Below, piece after piece: positions 1 through 12,300 of a stretch of DNA of 64,000 nucleotides (positions are counted from its first letter, which is position 1; each line of letters starts with the position of its first letter). The DNA is from Orbicella franksi. Taxonomy: Eukaryota. Made by a program: the position numbers and the translations under genes. The notes beneath the pieces were generated by a model. The model worked only from the letters and a program-made list of their open reading frames with translations. It made no database searches and had not been told where the DNA came from. The stretch lies in NCBI GenBank assembly GCA_964199315.1, contig OZ116698.1, positions 24,552,001 to 24,616,000 of the forward strand, given 5' to 3'.

Positions 1-658
1 TCCACCTCACCGAATGGTCCGTGCTATTTTCAACGCCGTGGAATTAACTAGTATATGTGAAAAGATTAGTCTTGTATAGTCACCACTTCAAAGGACAATT
101 TAGAGCAACACTTTACATTCATGGGCAAATACAAACCTGCGCAGCGCTAGCTGTGATAAAATTTGCAGATTTTAATCTCTAAAATTAAGCGGAATTCTCG
201 ATAAGTTCGCTTCAATGTTTTGACTTCTTCAGCCGAAGATCACATCTTTCGGTAACCCATCATCTAGCAACGTTAATAACGGTGGTTGTAACTCATTTTC
301 ACGCCTCCCTTTATTAGCATAAAGCGAACCGTCGAAAATTCAGTTCCCTCCTTGTCAATTACCACACGCTTTTTAACGCAATCTACACTGGGAGGAGATT
401 GCAAGTTACCAAATAAAAAAAACGTTTGGAAAAAAATAAGTAACTGAAGGCAAGGTATCTTCATGGCATGATATGATATGGTTTGTGAGCAAATTCTTTA
501 CCGAGAAATTCTTGTGACATTGATTCAACTAATTATCTCGTTGCCTAAAGCGCTTGGCCAACCACGCATGACAGTTTCTAACGTGCCCTTGTAATTAAAC
601 TTTAACGCGTTCGCTTATTTGCAGCTGGCTCTGAAAAGAATTTGACAGTGGCTGAGGA

Positions 659-3600
659 ATGGAACTCAACTTCAGAAGACTTTATCTTGGAGTTCTTATC
701 ATCGTGCAGGTCTTTGACAGTGGCTTCGCTCAAGGTAAACAAACTCTTTTTGTTATGCCACTTCGTTTTCTACACTACAGAGAATAGGCAGCTCGGTATT
801 GTCCCTCTGTTTATGCACTACGGATGTTTACGTTTATTTTCAATTTAATCCGTTATAAACGTTCAACATCTCAACGCCTGAAACGAACCCTGATGCAGAC
901 GAAGACAGTGCCAAATAATGTATCATGGCAAGATTAGTGTATTTGATTTTGATTGAAAGACTGCTCATCTCGTTATATCAATCACTTCTTCTAAAGAAAG
1001 ACGAAAGTTAAGCAATCGCAATTACCAAGCCTACCAAACAGTGTGGTAAGACTCGAGGAAACTGCTATATCTGTGAAATTTCTTCTGATGCAAGCAATTC
1101 ACATGGCCAGGGGAAAGAACAGCAGCAGAGCTTTAAAGTTGTTCCTTAAAAACCTGAATAGCTTGACTTCTACTTCGGTTCATTATGACTTAAAAGGTCC
1201 CCGTTGGAGATTGTTTACACTCATGCTGGTTTGTGGTGTTTACACTTTATCTTGTATCATGTGCCGGCCCAAGTCACGATGAGTTTAGAAATTTTTGAAT
1301 TCAATTTTTTAGGTAGTCAGTTAGAGAAATTATTATTTCGTAAACCTACTGTTTAGATTCTGTACAACGACGAAGTTCGAAATATGACTTTTACGAACAC
1401 ACATTCTAGCATTAATGCGACCCCAACCAACTAGAAATTGTTTTGAACATTTCCAGAAAATTGAGACTCCCACTTTGAAATTTCAGAAGCATTCCAAGAC
1501 TATCATTATTTTTGCTACACCTAAAATTAACAACCACGCATGATTATTCACCGCAAGGAATAATCTAAAACTAATTTTCTTTTAGTGCAGGTGGTTTGTT
1601 AAGCATCCAGTCTGCTTTTTTTTAAGAAAACCTCCATCTTTTTGGAATTGTTCTAAATGGGAAGCTGGACATAGCAGCAAACACGAGATTTTTATCACCT
1701 CTTAGGTGGCGGTTTGAAAGTTCTTTACAAAACCAAGTTATGATGGTGGTCAGTTCATGGCTACCTTTTTCTGAATTCTTGACCCTGGGTTATTTCACGT
1801 CTAATTACACACTTGCTTTTGTTAGGTTCTCTTTAAGCTATCTCTCCTTTGAAAACAGCGCTGAATGTCACGTTGCTCTACTCTTGAAACTTTCTAAACC
1901 TGAGAACAAAGGGTACCTAAAGCTACCTCCCAGACGTGTGCTCCTATCAGGAAACATTTGTTTACGAACGTTTGTCAACATCGCTCGAGTTAATTTCCAC
2001 GAGTATTCACTCATCATTCGTCAGAAATAATCAGCTCGATACATTATCGTCTTAAAATTTAACGAGTATGCAGAGAGCCATCGAGCTAAATAAACGACAG
2101 ATTCCTTGTTTCATGGGATTCGCAAGAACGCATTCGAAAGTCGATAGTAGGATATATTTCATGAGCACTTAGCTTCAGGTGGAACGATCAACCTTGTAAT
2201 TGTAACTGGACTATTATACAATCAAATATGTTGTTATCCAGTGGCAGGTTATGAATGTTGACATGTTTATGTGCACCTGTCTCACTTGCTAGTGTGGTCT
2301 GTGTGTATCATCGCTGCTTGAGTAACGCATTCACAATTACGTAAATCTTGAAGAACGAGGCAACAAAACAGCACGAGGTCTTAAAATACTGACATTAGCT
2401 ATTGACTTGATTATTGGCATTCATAATACATCTATAAACGTTTGTCTGTAAAGCTGCCAGTCTACTTCAGATTGTATTTCTTTGATTTACTTTAACTCTT
2501 GTAAGCACGTGAAATTTTTAGTGGATCAATCTTTCGTGATCTCAACACTGTGCATTCATATTTCGTGAGATCATTGTGCACCCACCCATTTGATTACGTA
2601 AAAGCACAACAGGACAGACGCCGCTTCTTTATAACTGGGATTATGATTTCATAAAACTTACGGCTTATTAATGACTCAAGCTGCATTGTACAAACCTCAT
2701 ATTGACTTATTATAAAATTTGATATCTAGGAAGCCATGTCGACGATTTTGAGCACCGACTGATGCGAGACCTATTCAAAGACTACAACAAGGACTCCCGC
2801 CCAGTTTTCAACAAAAGCAAAGCAGTGGATGTTGAGTTAGACATAGCCTTTAGCCAGCTGGTTGAATTGGTAGGAGATTTTAAACAAAAATCTTTGTACA
2901 TTAGGTTTTACAGCGCTATTTTAAAAAGTAACCACTCGACCAAAGTAGGCTTTTAACCAAATGAACAAGCTTTCTTTGATACATGCACATGAACAGGAAT
3001 TTGTTATTGTTATCAAAGAATGGCCCTGAAGTCAGTGACTGTCGAATACTTTGCCCCCAACTGGGTGTTTTAAAAGCTTGAAAAAGAGATTGTCAATATA
3101 TATTTATGCAATGATCATAATGGCATTCATATAATGTGCTAAAACAAAGCTATAGAACAGGTAAAAAAAAGGAAGGAATAATGGAAGCGTGATGATTAAT
3201 TTATCAGCAAGTGTATTAATAAGAACACGGAACATATTCTACTTCACATATAGTCGAACAAACATAGGCATAATCTTGAATGCAAACCTGAGTACGCCAT
3301 TTGCCTTCATTTTTCACAAATGATAGTGTACACTGTTGATGAAGTAAGAGAAAGGTTGGCCATCTCATGGCACAATGTAATTTTAATGTAAAGTTACAAA
3401 TTTAACATGTTTTGTTCCCATTGCTACCGTTTTGTTCTTGTAATTATTTAAAAGTTTGCTTTGTAGTTGACAAATGATTGATAACGTTCGAACCTCAGGC
3501 CGAGCTTTTCCAAAATATCCCACTAACGCGGTCACCGCAATGGCAATAAATGACTCTCTTATCTCAAAATCACATAATAAGATGGCGCTGAAACAGGACT

Positions 3601-6243
3601 TGACTGTGCATGTATCAAATTCAACAGCTATAGGAAATCACACGGATACAGTGATGAGGGAAGTAAAATTGGTTCCTTTCTTATTTCTCATCTTGCACGA
3701 TATCAAACATGGATATCTATAGCATTACACGATTTATTGCGTTGGGTATATAAAACTAAGAGGTGTTGTCAGGACAGTATAGCTGTAAATCAGTATATCG
3801 GCAGCAAAAAAACGCAACGCCCACGTAATACTCGTCTGACGGAATTTATGATCAGAACCATACAAAGCACTAGATGTTCTGAAGGAAAGATGTCCTGTGC
3901 AAGGAACTGTAACGAACTATTGCATAGAGTATGGAAAAATGATCACTAACATTGTCGCGATAAGCGATTAATTCTCCTACCTAGAAGAATAAGTACTATC
4001 CGGAGAACACTTAGGAGAATTAACATTTACATTGGTAAAACAAAAGCAGTGAAAAGTGGACATTTTGAGAATGTGTTACAAATGAAATTGCATAATTCAC
4101 AGGATGGCAAGGATCAAATTTTGTCAAGCAAGATATGGATTCGACAGGTAAGACACCTTCAATAAATTGAATAAAATATATAAAGGTTATCAAGAAAAAA
4201 GCTTATTTTAAGTGAAGACTGCCTTTGCCAGTCTGATGAGGTGTTCGTCACAGGAAGTCCCAGGACTATACTACAGGAAAGTCGTACTTTTCTGCTTTGT
4301 GAAAAGGGAAGACCGGAAGACCCTGGCAAGGCTCATTTCCGCCGCTCTGTCCAGTCGTCTCCATTCCTCCCAGAGAATATAGGGGGAGGAGCTCCGACTC
4401 CAGTTGTTGCAGTCAAATGACGTCACAGTAAAAATACACCAATTCATCATTCATATCATTTTGAACAAATTATCACTCATATTGCTGCCAAAAATGGTTA
4501 TTTCACAGACAAATCTTGATGAAATTTGTACATACTACGCACTATTCTTTATAAAAGCGCACTAACTAATGGTAACCTTTTGTTTTCTTAATATTTCAGA
4601 AATGGGATAATCCTTTTCTTTCGTGGAAACCTGAAAATTACAACGGCATAAAGGTCATCAACGTGGATCCCAAGTCGGTCTGGAAGCCAGATCTTGTCTT
4701 GTACAACAAGTGAGTTCATAACCTTATTTCACTTTCAGCCAATAAGATTCTTACTGAAACCATTTGCATGCCATTTACATTCCTTTTGGCCAGACAGAAG
4801 TCAAAGTTTGGTCAATGTGACACCCTTGTGAAGTTTTACAATGCACAATCCTTCTGCTTCCGCTTTCCCTATCGGTTCTCTTTTCTCTCTTCGGGCAACA
4901 GTTTTGTCAAGCCTTCTTAAAAATATGAAAGATCCCAACTTTCTCTAGCAATACTCCCACTGGTCAAACTTCTTGTAAACGACTTGGCTTGACATAGTGT
5001 GTCGTTGTCAAGTTCGACTGTATTTAGATGCAATTCCAGCTGTTCTAGTTTTAAACCTGTTTGTGTGCGACAGAATCCGAAAACTTTACATATTTCCATT
5101 TCAAATAATCTGCTTGTTTCTTTCCTTAGTATTGGCATTGGACAAACGGGAGCAATATACAACTTTGACACAAAGGTTGTCATAGAATCCAACGGAAGAC
5201 ACTCCTGGTACGCGCCAACTGAGATAAAAAGCATTTGCAAAATTGACATCACCCACTTTCCATTTGATGAACAAAAATGCCCGCTTATCTTTGGTTCCTG
5301 GACATACACCGGAACTCATTTGAATCTCTCGAATAAAGCGCCGACCGCGGATCTGAGCAAGTACACGGTTAGCGGTGAATGGGAATTAATCGCTGTACCT
5401 TCCGCGCGGAATGTCGTTAAGTACAGCTGCTGCCCAGACCCCTATATTGACGTCACGTACACCATTCATGTTCGTCGCAAAGTCCTGTTCTACTTGACTA
5501 ATTTAATTTTGCCGTGCGTTGTACTAGCGGTGCTAACTGTCTTCTCGTTTAACCTACCACCAGAGTCAGGCGAGAGGATTTCCCTGGTCATAACAATTCT
5601 CTTGGGTTTGACGGTGTTCATGCTAGTATTCACTGAAAATGTCCCTCGTACCTCGGAAGTCATTCCGCTGATTGTCAAGTACGCGTTCACAGTTATGTGC
5701 GAAGTTTCGTTTTCGCTGTTGATCACGTGTTTTGTTGTGAGGATTTACCATAAAGATCCCGCCAGACCCATGCCAGCGTTCTATCGTTACGTCACATACC
5801 GGATACTCGCTCCAGTCCTCATGATGCAACCTGTGCCGGCAGGTAAACGGGATCGGCACCTTTGTAAGCAGCACCTCGAGCGAACAAAGGAAAACCATTT
5901 CCGACGTAGCAGACCTTACCAATACGTAAGCAAGCTGTTCGGCAGCTACCCCAAGGAGAACAACTGTAAAATGGAAATGGAGAGGCAGGGGGACGAAATC
6001 ACCGACATAAGTTCAGGAATTTCTAGGCAGTCAGACACTTTAAAGTGCCCTTCATTAGACAAACTAGAAGACATATCATTTAATTTGCGGGCCATCATTG
6101 ACCACTTGACAGACGTCAAAGCAAACGAATTCAACAGGAACGACTGGCATTTCGCTGCGCGAGTGCTCGACACGTTTTTCTTTTGGGCCCTGGCCCTGGC
6201 ATTTGTCATATCAACCACAATATTTTACTTCACGATTCCATAA
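659..6243 (+). CDS. nAChR alpha-type subunit, gene 1 (Cys-loop cation channel), ~494 aa; exons 659-734, 2730-2869, 4103-4147, 4600-4709, 5130-6243
   Basis: All introns are GT-AG with matching phases (1,0,0,2); the CDS sums to 1485 nt. Signal-peptide-like exon 1 MELNFRRLYLGVLIIVQVFDSGFAQ; helix/RPV motif; WKPDLVLYNN (loop A); Cys-loop CKIDITHFPFDEQKC; GSWTY (loop B); YSCCPDPY (loop C vicinal Cys, alpha type); M1-M3 with GERISL at the start of M2; M4. Exon 1 assignment is the least certain part. No 1:1 vertebrate ortholog is claimed. Confidence 0.92.
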
Positions 6244-7057
6244 TCCAAGCGCTTAAAGCCAGAGACATGCTACAGCTAGGCAAACAAGACAAAGTGCTAG
6301 AACCGCACGGCTTCCATTTTATAAGTAAGAAAATCAAGTAATGAGATTTATTAAGGAAAGGCGACAGAGAAAGAGCGTAACTTCTAGACGCTGAATAAGG
6401 GCAGTTTGGTCTCCGAAGTGGAAGGGCGTCAACCCTATCACAGAAAAAGAAATAGAAAGTGAGCGAGTAATAATAAGTAGCCTCTTAAGGCTCGGTGACT
6501 CAACCTTCGGGAGTATCGTAGCCAGCATCAAGGCAGGAGTCCAAATGGGAAAATTAAGACCAAAAGAAATGCAATGTGTGGGTTAAAGGTAAAAAATGAA
6601 AAAAGCTAATATATGCATGCAAATTATTGCATGTTTGAACCACTTTATATCGATAGGTAACGTGTGGAACTTTTGTGATTTTAGCCAAAATGTTACAACG
6701 AGGATTACGTTTTTCTCGATAAATATAATCTTTATTAAACCTGCCAGAAATTTTTATAAGACAAGGATGTCCTCGATAGGATATTTAGTATGTGTTAGAT
6801 GATCTTAGTTACCAAAGAGGTCAGTCCACGTTAGTCTCGAAGGAAAGGCGTTGCTTTACCGTGTGTCGGAGACCATCAACTGCATGCGAACATCCAGAGA
6901 ATGCAGCGCGATGAGATTGGCCAGTAGATTACAACAGCTAAATGGGAAAACGTGAAACCGTTTTGCAATGCTTACATTACAGTTAGACTTTTAGACTTTT
7001 CTGTTAAGTCTGCTATATACCGCTTATACACTAAATCTGAGATCAGTCTTTACAAAC

Positions 7058-7061
<4 letters not shown>

Positions 7062-7094
<33 letters not shown>
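7062..7094. repeat. (TAA)n microsatellite, ~11 units
   Basis: Directly visible perfect trinucleotide run. Confidence 0.95.
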
Positions 7095-7095
<1 letters not shown>

Positions 7096-8334
7096 GACGA
7101 GATTCAAAATTAATGGCTCACATGCCATATTTTTAATAGAATTGAATATCGAATAGTAAATAAAATTACTTTAAATGTCCTAAATAGTCCAATTTTCACC
7201 CTCAAGCAGCCTTATAACATCTCTTAATCCGTCTAGCCAATCATTTATAAAGATGTTTCTTTTTCGATGTATTAACTGTAAATGATTGGCGTGATGTTGT
7301 GCTATTTCGCTTCATTTCGCAAAGGGCATTCTAATGTACCGCCTCAGCAGCTACACATCGTAATATTAGCTATTGGTTGCTCGCTGACTGCTTGACAATG
7401 GAGATATACACGGGTCATTGACGAAGTCAAGTAATGAGAAGGACATTGGCCAAGTACTTGTTTACGTCTTTAGGGAAAAAAATACGAAGCCAATGTCTAG
7501 CCATCTTAACTGAACAAGCTTAGTCAATAAAGGATTTATTACATGAAACAAAGAACGCCATTTTTCTGGCGGGACACAGCGCGCAAGATGGCCCCTTATG
7601 CCAAGGGTCGGATCTAGTTCATCCTGCCTCCTCAAGGAGGTATCAAGGAGGTAACCAAATAATAAAAGCATGTAATGCGACATTTCCTCTGAACTCCTGA
7701 TATTTGACTTAAATATTGATACTATAAATCAAAGGATTATACAAAAGCGCCAAAAGGCGAAACTTACCTTATGTTGGGCGGCCATTGCAGGGACCACTTT
7801 ACTTTTCTCCCAAAAACGTCGAAAGGGGACCAGAAAGGTCTTAATCTACAGTGAAAAGAAATAAAAATAATTATGGCCGAACAGACCAGAAATCCAATGA
7901 AGCAGGGTGTCTCTACAGTCTATCCCTTCTTTACCCTTAGAGAAAAATCAGGGAAAAAAATATTTGAAGATTTAATGTCAGTGTACCACATGTAAAATCA
8001 GCACAAACCTGATGATATTTTTAAGTAACAAATTAAAAGGGAGACATGAATTTAGACGTAATAACACTCGAGATAGGGGTGCGTGACGGTGTTTCGTCTG
8101 TATGGTATAAAAAGACCTCTAGCGCCCTTTTGCGACAACAGTAAATGGGATTTAATTAATTGAAACGTAATTGTTTAAAACCGTAGAAAAACACAAAACA
8201 AATGCTAAGCAGTCATCGGTGGGGCGTAGGGATGGTCAAAATTCGTCAAGATTGACGGATGAAGACTGTATTAAGCAAAGCTTGACTAAAACCAATCCTG
8301 AATTAAATACCAAACTTGGGTAGAGGCGTACACT

Positions 8335-8500
8335 GTACCGGAGCTTATTTCGGTTTCCGTAGCATAAAAGACTATAGCTATAGACTATAGTGCTACTCCC
8401 CCCGGGATGAGAAGCTAGTCCATCGCAGACTAGCATGCGATAACATTGCGGCAGTACCCAATTTTACTCCTGAGAGAAGAAGATTAGCACAAACACAACA
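8335..8500. mobile_element. Degenerate SINE-like interspersed repeat remnant
   Basis: ggagcttatttcggtttccgtagcat...ctactcccccgggatgagaagctagtccatcgcag...cggcagtacccaatt resembles an abundant cnidarian SINE family as I recall it; not database-verified. Confidence 0.4.
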
Positions 8501-9333
8501 ACAACCTGGTCTTGTTTCTCTAAACTACTGTGAAAGAACTTGTTACTTCACTTTCTGTTACTTCACTTTCTGAGACGATTGTTACGTGCGTGCGTTTGTT
8601 AATTTGCGATTGGAAAGGGAATAATCGTGATGTTTCCGGGTGGTCGCCACTTTAAGGGGCGTGTTCCTATCGAAATTGACACGCTACCGATATGCACAAC
8701 AATCAGTCAGAGACGTTGGGCATTTCGCCATGATCTCTTATCTATAAATGACCAGTGAAATTTCATATACGTTGACACAGTTATCAGTAAGCCATGATTC
8801 TGTAAGCCAATTGGCACGAAACAAACTAAAGTTTGCAACTGTTTACACAGATGTGTTCCAGCTTGCACGAAACGAGGTTAGCAATTACAAAAAATCCAAA
8901 CTATTCAGTGACGATGGAATAACAATTGTTTTGCAGGATGTGAATATTAAAGTCGATATGCTCCTTATCGTTCAAATAAACGAGCCTATCATCGATCTGT
9001 CAGCCACTACACCGCAAAATATAGAACTGCCAAGCTCCGTTATCTCGACTGTTTATAATACAGAGAAGAATCTCCTTCCCTACATTGGATTCACCCCGGG
9101 ATTCACCTAGATGTTCTCGTTGTTTACGCTATCTGAAAGTGCAAAACGTTTATCTTGAAGTAGAACAGAACCGAATTATCTTTTCCCTCTGATGCAATGT
9201 TATTAATAGAAGACATCTGCTTGGCACTGCTTAAGATCAAGATAACATTTTGATACAAAAGAACGTGAACTTTCACTCTCTTGTTCAGCCGCATTATATG
9301 TATGTTGGAAAACAAGTGATCTACAGTAATACC

Positions 9334-12300
9334 ATGGACTGTTGGTTCGTTATGGCCCCTCGCGATTTATGGCGATGTTATGTGGTCTTCGGGGCACTCC
9401 CAGCACTCTTGGGAGTCGTAACGTCACAAGGTAGACCAATCATTATGATAGTTATTGATCCTTTGTAGCTCATTTCCATTGTTCGTTTTAATACATGGGT
9501 TCGTCATTGCATTACATATTCACGATCGTTCAATTATCGAGGACTGTTTTGGAGTTACATTGTCTACTGATCATTCTAACAATGTTTTAACTTGATCGAA
9601 GTTTCGTTAGTGCTGACGGTTTGTTTTGGCAATAACACATCTTTGTCGCCCACAAAACAAACAGATATAATTCACACTTGCCCCATTTCTCGTGGCGCTA
9701 AAGAGAACCTTCGCTACTTTTGCGACTGCTTACATCTGTAACTCTTTCAAGAGTCTTAAAACACCTCAGTTTGCTCCTATTCACGCATATATAATTCTTC
9801 GTGTTGCATGATTTTCATCTTTAATACTATTAAAATAAAGCATTACCGTTAAACGTCATCTTTATCTGATCACGCAACATGTTGTAAGTGGCCATTGCAT
9901 GTTTGTTGGTAAGGGTGTAGTGTTTTCTCGAGCCCGCTGGGAGTCAAAATATACAAATAACCACTACCAAATATGCAGTTCTAACAATAACAGTAACAGT
10001 AACAGTAATATTTATTGACTCGCGCTTACATAAATTACAGGAGAAGCATTATACACAATACAAATTGATTAAACCAAATAATAAGGAAATGAACGATTGT
10101 TAATTGGAGCTTAGAGGCTAAGGGAACCGCAAGGTTTTCGAGTTAGCCACTAATAGCTATTTAGAATTAATTTTAATGAAAAAGAGAACAGCAAAAAAAG
10201 AAAACCAGACTCGGTAATATTTATAAACAACGCTTACTGATGTTGTAGCGAGTGATTTGTTACCCATTGTTTTACTATGTTGAAAACCAGGCTTTGGACT
10301 TTCTTAGCGCGTCAGAAGGAATAATAGTAGTTTGGATAATCTGTTAAGTAATTCTTCTTTATACAAATATTGGAGGATATTTATACTTCTTCAGCAGGTT
10401 ATTTTTACGTTACTAAGTGCAGCTTCATAATAAAAAGCTACTCAAGTTCAACCAGGTCGGTGAAAAAGACCCAGTTAGACATAGATACAAATCATAGACA
10501 CCAAGATTGAAGTACGCTACATTGCTCATTCAACGTCGATAAAATTAACAGTCAAGTGGACTCTATATATAGACCCTATTATCCATATCCTACGATACAA
10601 TGGCCATGCAATGATATTCTCATAATGGTTCTCCCAATAACCCAAATGATTCGCACTTTGTCTTTTATAGCACTTTGTTTCCCTTTGGGTATGCACCTGA
10701 CTAATTATTTTCATATTTTTTTCATACTTAATTGTTTATAATAGGGTTCAAGAGGCATAGCTACAGGCTTTTGTAAAAGTGGTAGACTTACACGATACGA
10801 GACTTTTTAGTTATTTAGTTCCTCGACATGCATGTTCCCCTGAACATTCTGTTCAGTTTGCAAATGCCCCCTGGTCCACTTTGAAGTCATTTTTGATGCG
10901 CTTCGACAACTCCTTAGCCAGAAAGTTCTTTCAAGAGAACTAACTTATTTTTAATAATTCAGTATCATCTCGCATTCATGAAGTACTGAACATTAGCCTT
11001 AGCAGTTGGTCATGGCCGTTGACCAAAACATGTTTCACTTACCTATTGGTAGGTCAACACAGAGAAGATTTCGAGCACAAGCTGATTTATGACTTATTCA
11101 AGACTGGTTACAGCAAGGAAGCCCTACCTGTAATAAACAAATCAGAGGCCATTGAAATCATGTTTGATATGGCGTATAGTCAACTAATATATCTGGTAAG
11201 GAAACTTCGTTTACAGGGTTGTATTGTCACAAGGTAGAAATGGAAGACCCAAACCCAGTGTACAGTTAAACCTCCACTTAATTGACGTGGTTCAAACTTT
11301 CGAGTCTGTGGATGAAAAACAAGCAGTGCCGTTCAAAGATGCTTACAGCCTTTGGCCAAAGTGTCTGACCATTCAAATAAAAGCCAAGAAGAATTAGTCT
11401 TTGGTGCTGCTTGCTTCTCAAGGCTTTGGAAAATTCATGTCTGTTAAAATGCTTGAAACTTTGAGGGAGGGGTGGCGGGGAAACATAGTGGATACACAAA
11501 GGTGAAGCAGATTTTCTGTGATTGTTACCGTTTCCCTTCGTAGCTACAAAATCTAATAACACTTGTAACTTGTTTTTAAGTCGCCGTTTTAGAAAAATGG
11601 AACGTAGCACAAAATGTGTCAAACTGAGATTGAACATATATACCAGATATGAATGTAGAATTTATAGCTTAACGTAGAGGACGTATCTTGCTGCTGATTT
11701 TGCTATTTCAACACGACAGCAAAAATCAAATACTTTCCAGTAAAGTGTGGCTACGACAGGTACAGTGTACTAACATATATTGTAACAGAAAAACGTTTAC
11801 TCTACTTTAGCATGTAACGCAAACAAACTACTACTTAGTTTTACAGAACTTCACAAGTCGGTGCTGTGAGTTGCAAATCTTCATTAATTGTAATTCATTT
11901 TCGACCATTTTCATAATCATTGTTGGTGTTAAAGCTATTGTAGATTCAAGGGGCAAAGCCAAGAAGCCGTTTTCACGACATCTCAAAGCAACATTTTAAA
12001 GCGGAATATATCGAGAAAACATATTCTCCCTGATTGACAAAACAGAGTTCATTTTGCCCTGAGGTGCAAACAAGATCACTTCAATCACACGAATTATAAT
12101 ATCAGACATGTTCGTCCCATACAATGTCATTTTCATACCTCACAACATACATACACTTATAGAAACAAAATTAATTAAATGAGAATAGATAACTCAAATA
12201 CTGTGTTATATAAAATGTAAGTGCCAAACTAAGTTAGTGCAGTTCATTATCTAACTTAAACCTTACCCAAAAGGTCATGTCCGGGGTATCACCCCCAGAG

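Noticed and set aside
4232-4260. CTGATGAG followed by a small stem: hammerhead ribozyme core?
   Set aside because: Lacks the required GAAA after stem II, and no stems I/III were found.
4999-5129. ORF-track N-terminus of 4999..6243 (similarly 14298, 24142, 37758 and 62770)
   Set aside because: These are intronic read-ins upstream of the real acceptors (5130, 14320, 24197, 37811, 62741), not start codons.
8541-8572. Small tandem duplications (15-bp period here; 28-bp period at 28379-28430)
   Set aside because: Ordinary slippage products; no spacers, so not CRISPR-like.
8748-9110. 120-aa ORF with a QLARN repeat just upstream of gene 2
   Set aside because: No recognisable family and no counterpart upstream of gene 3; likely a chance ORF or repeat remnant.
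11186-11197. U12 AT-AC intron explanation for the AC acceptor of gene 2
   Set aside because: The donor is GTAAGG; the nearby ATATCTG is not ATATCCTT and would shift the frame.
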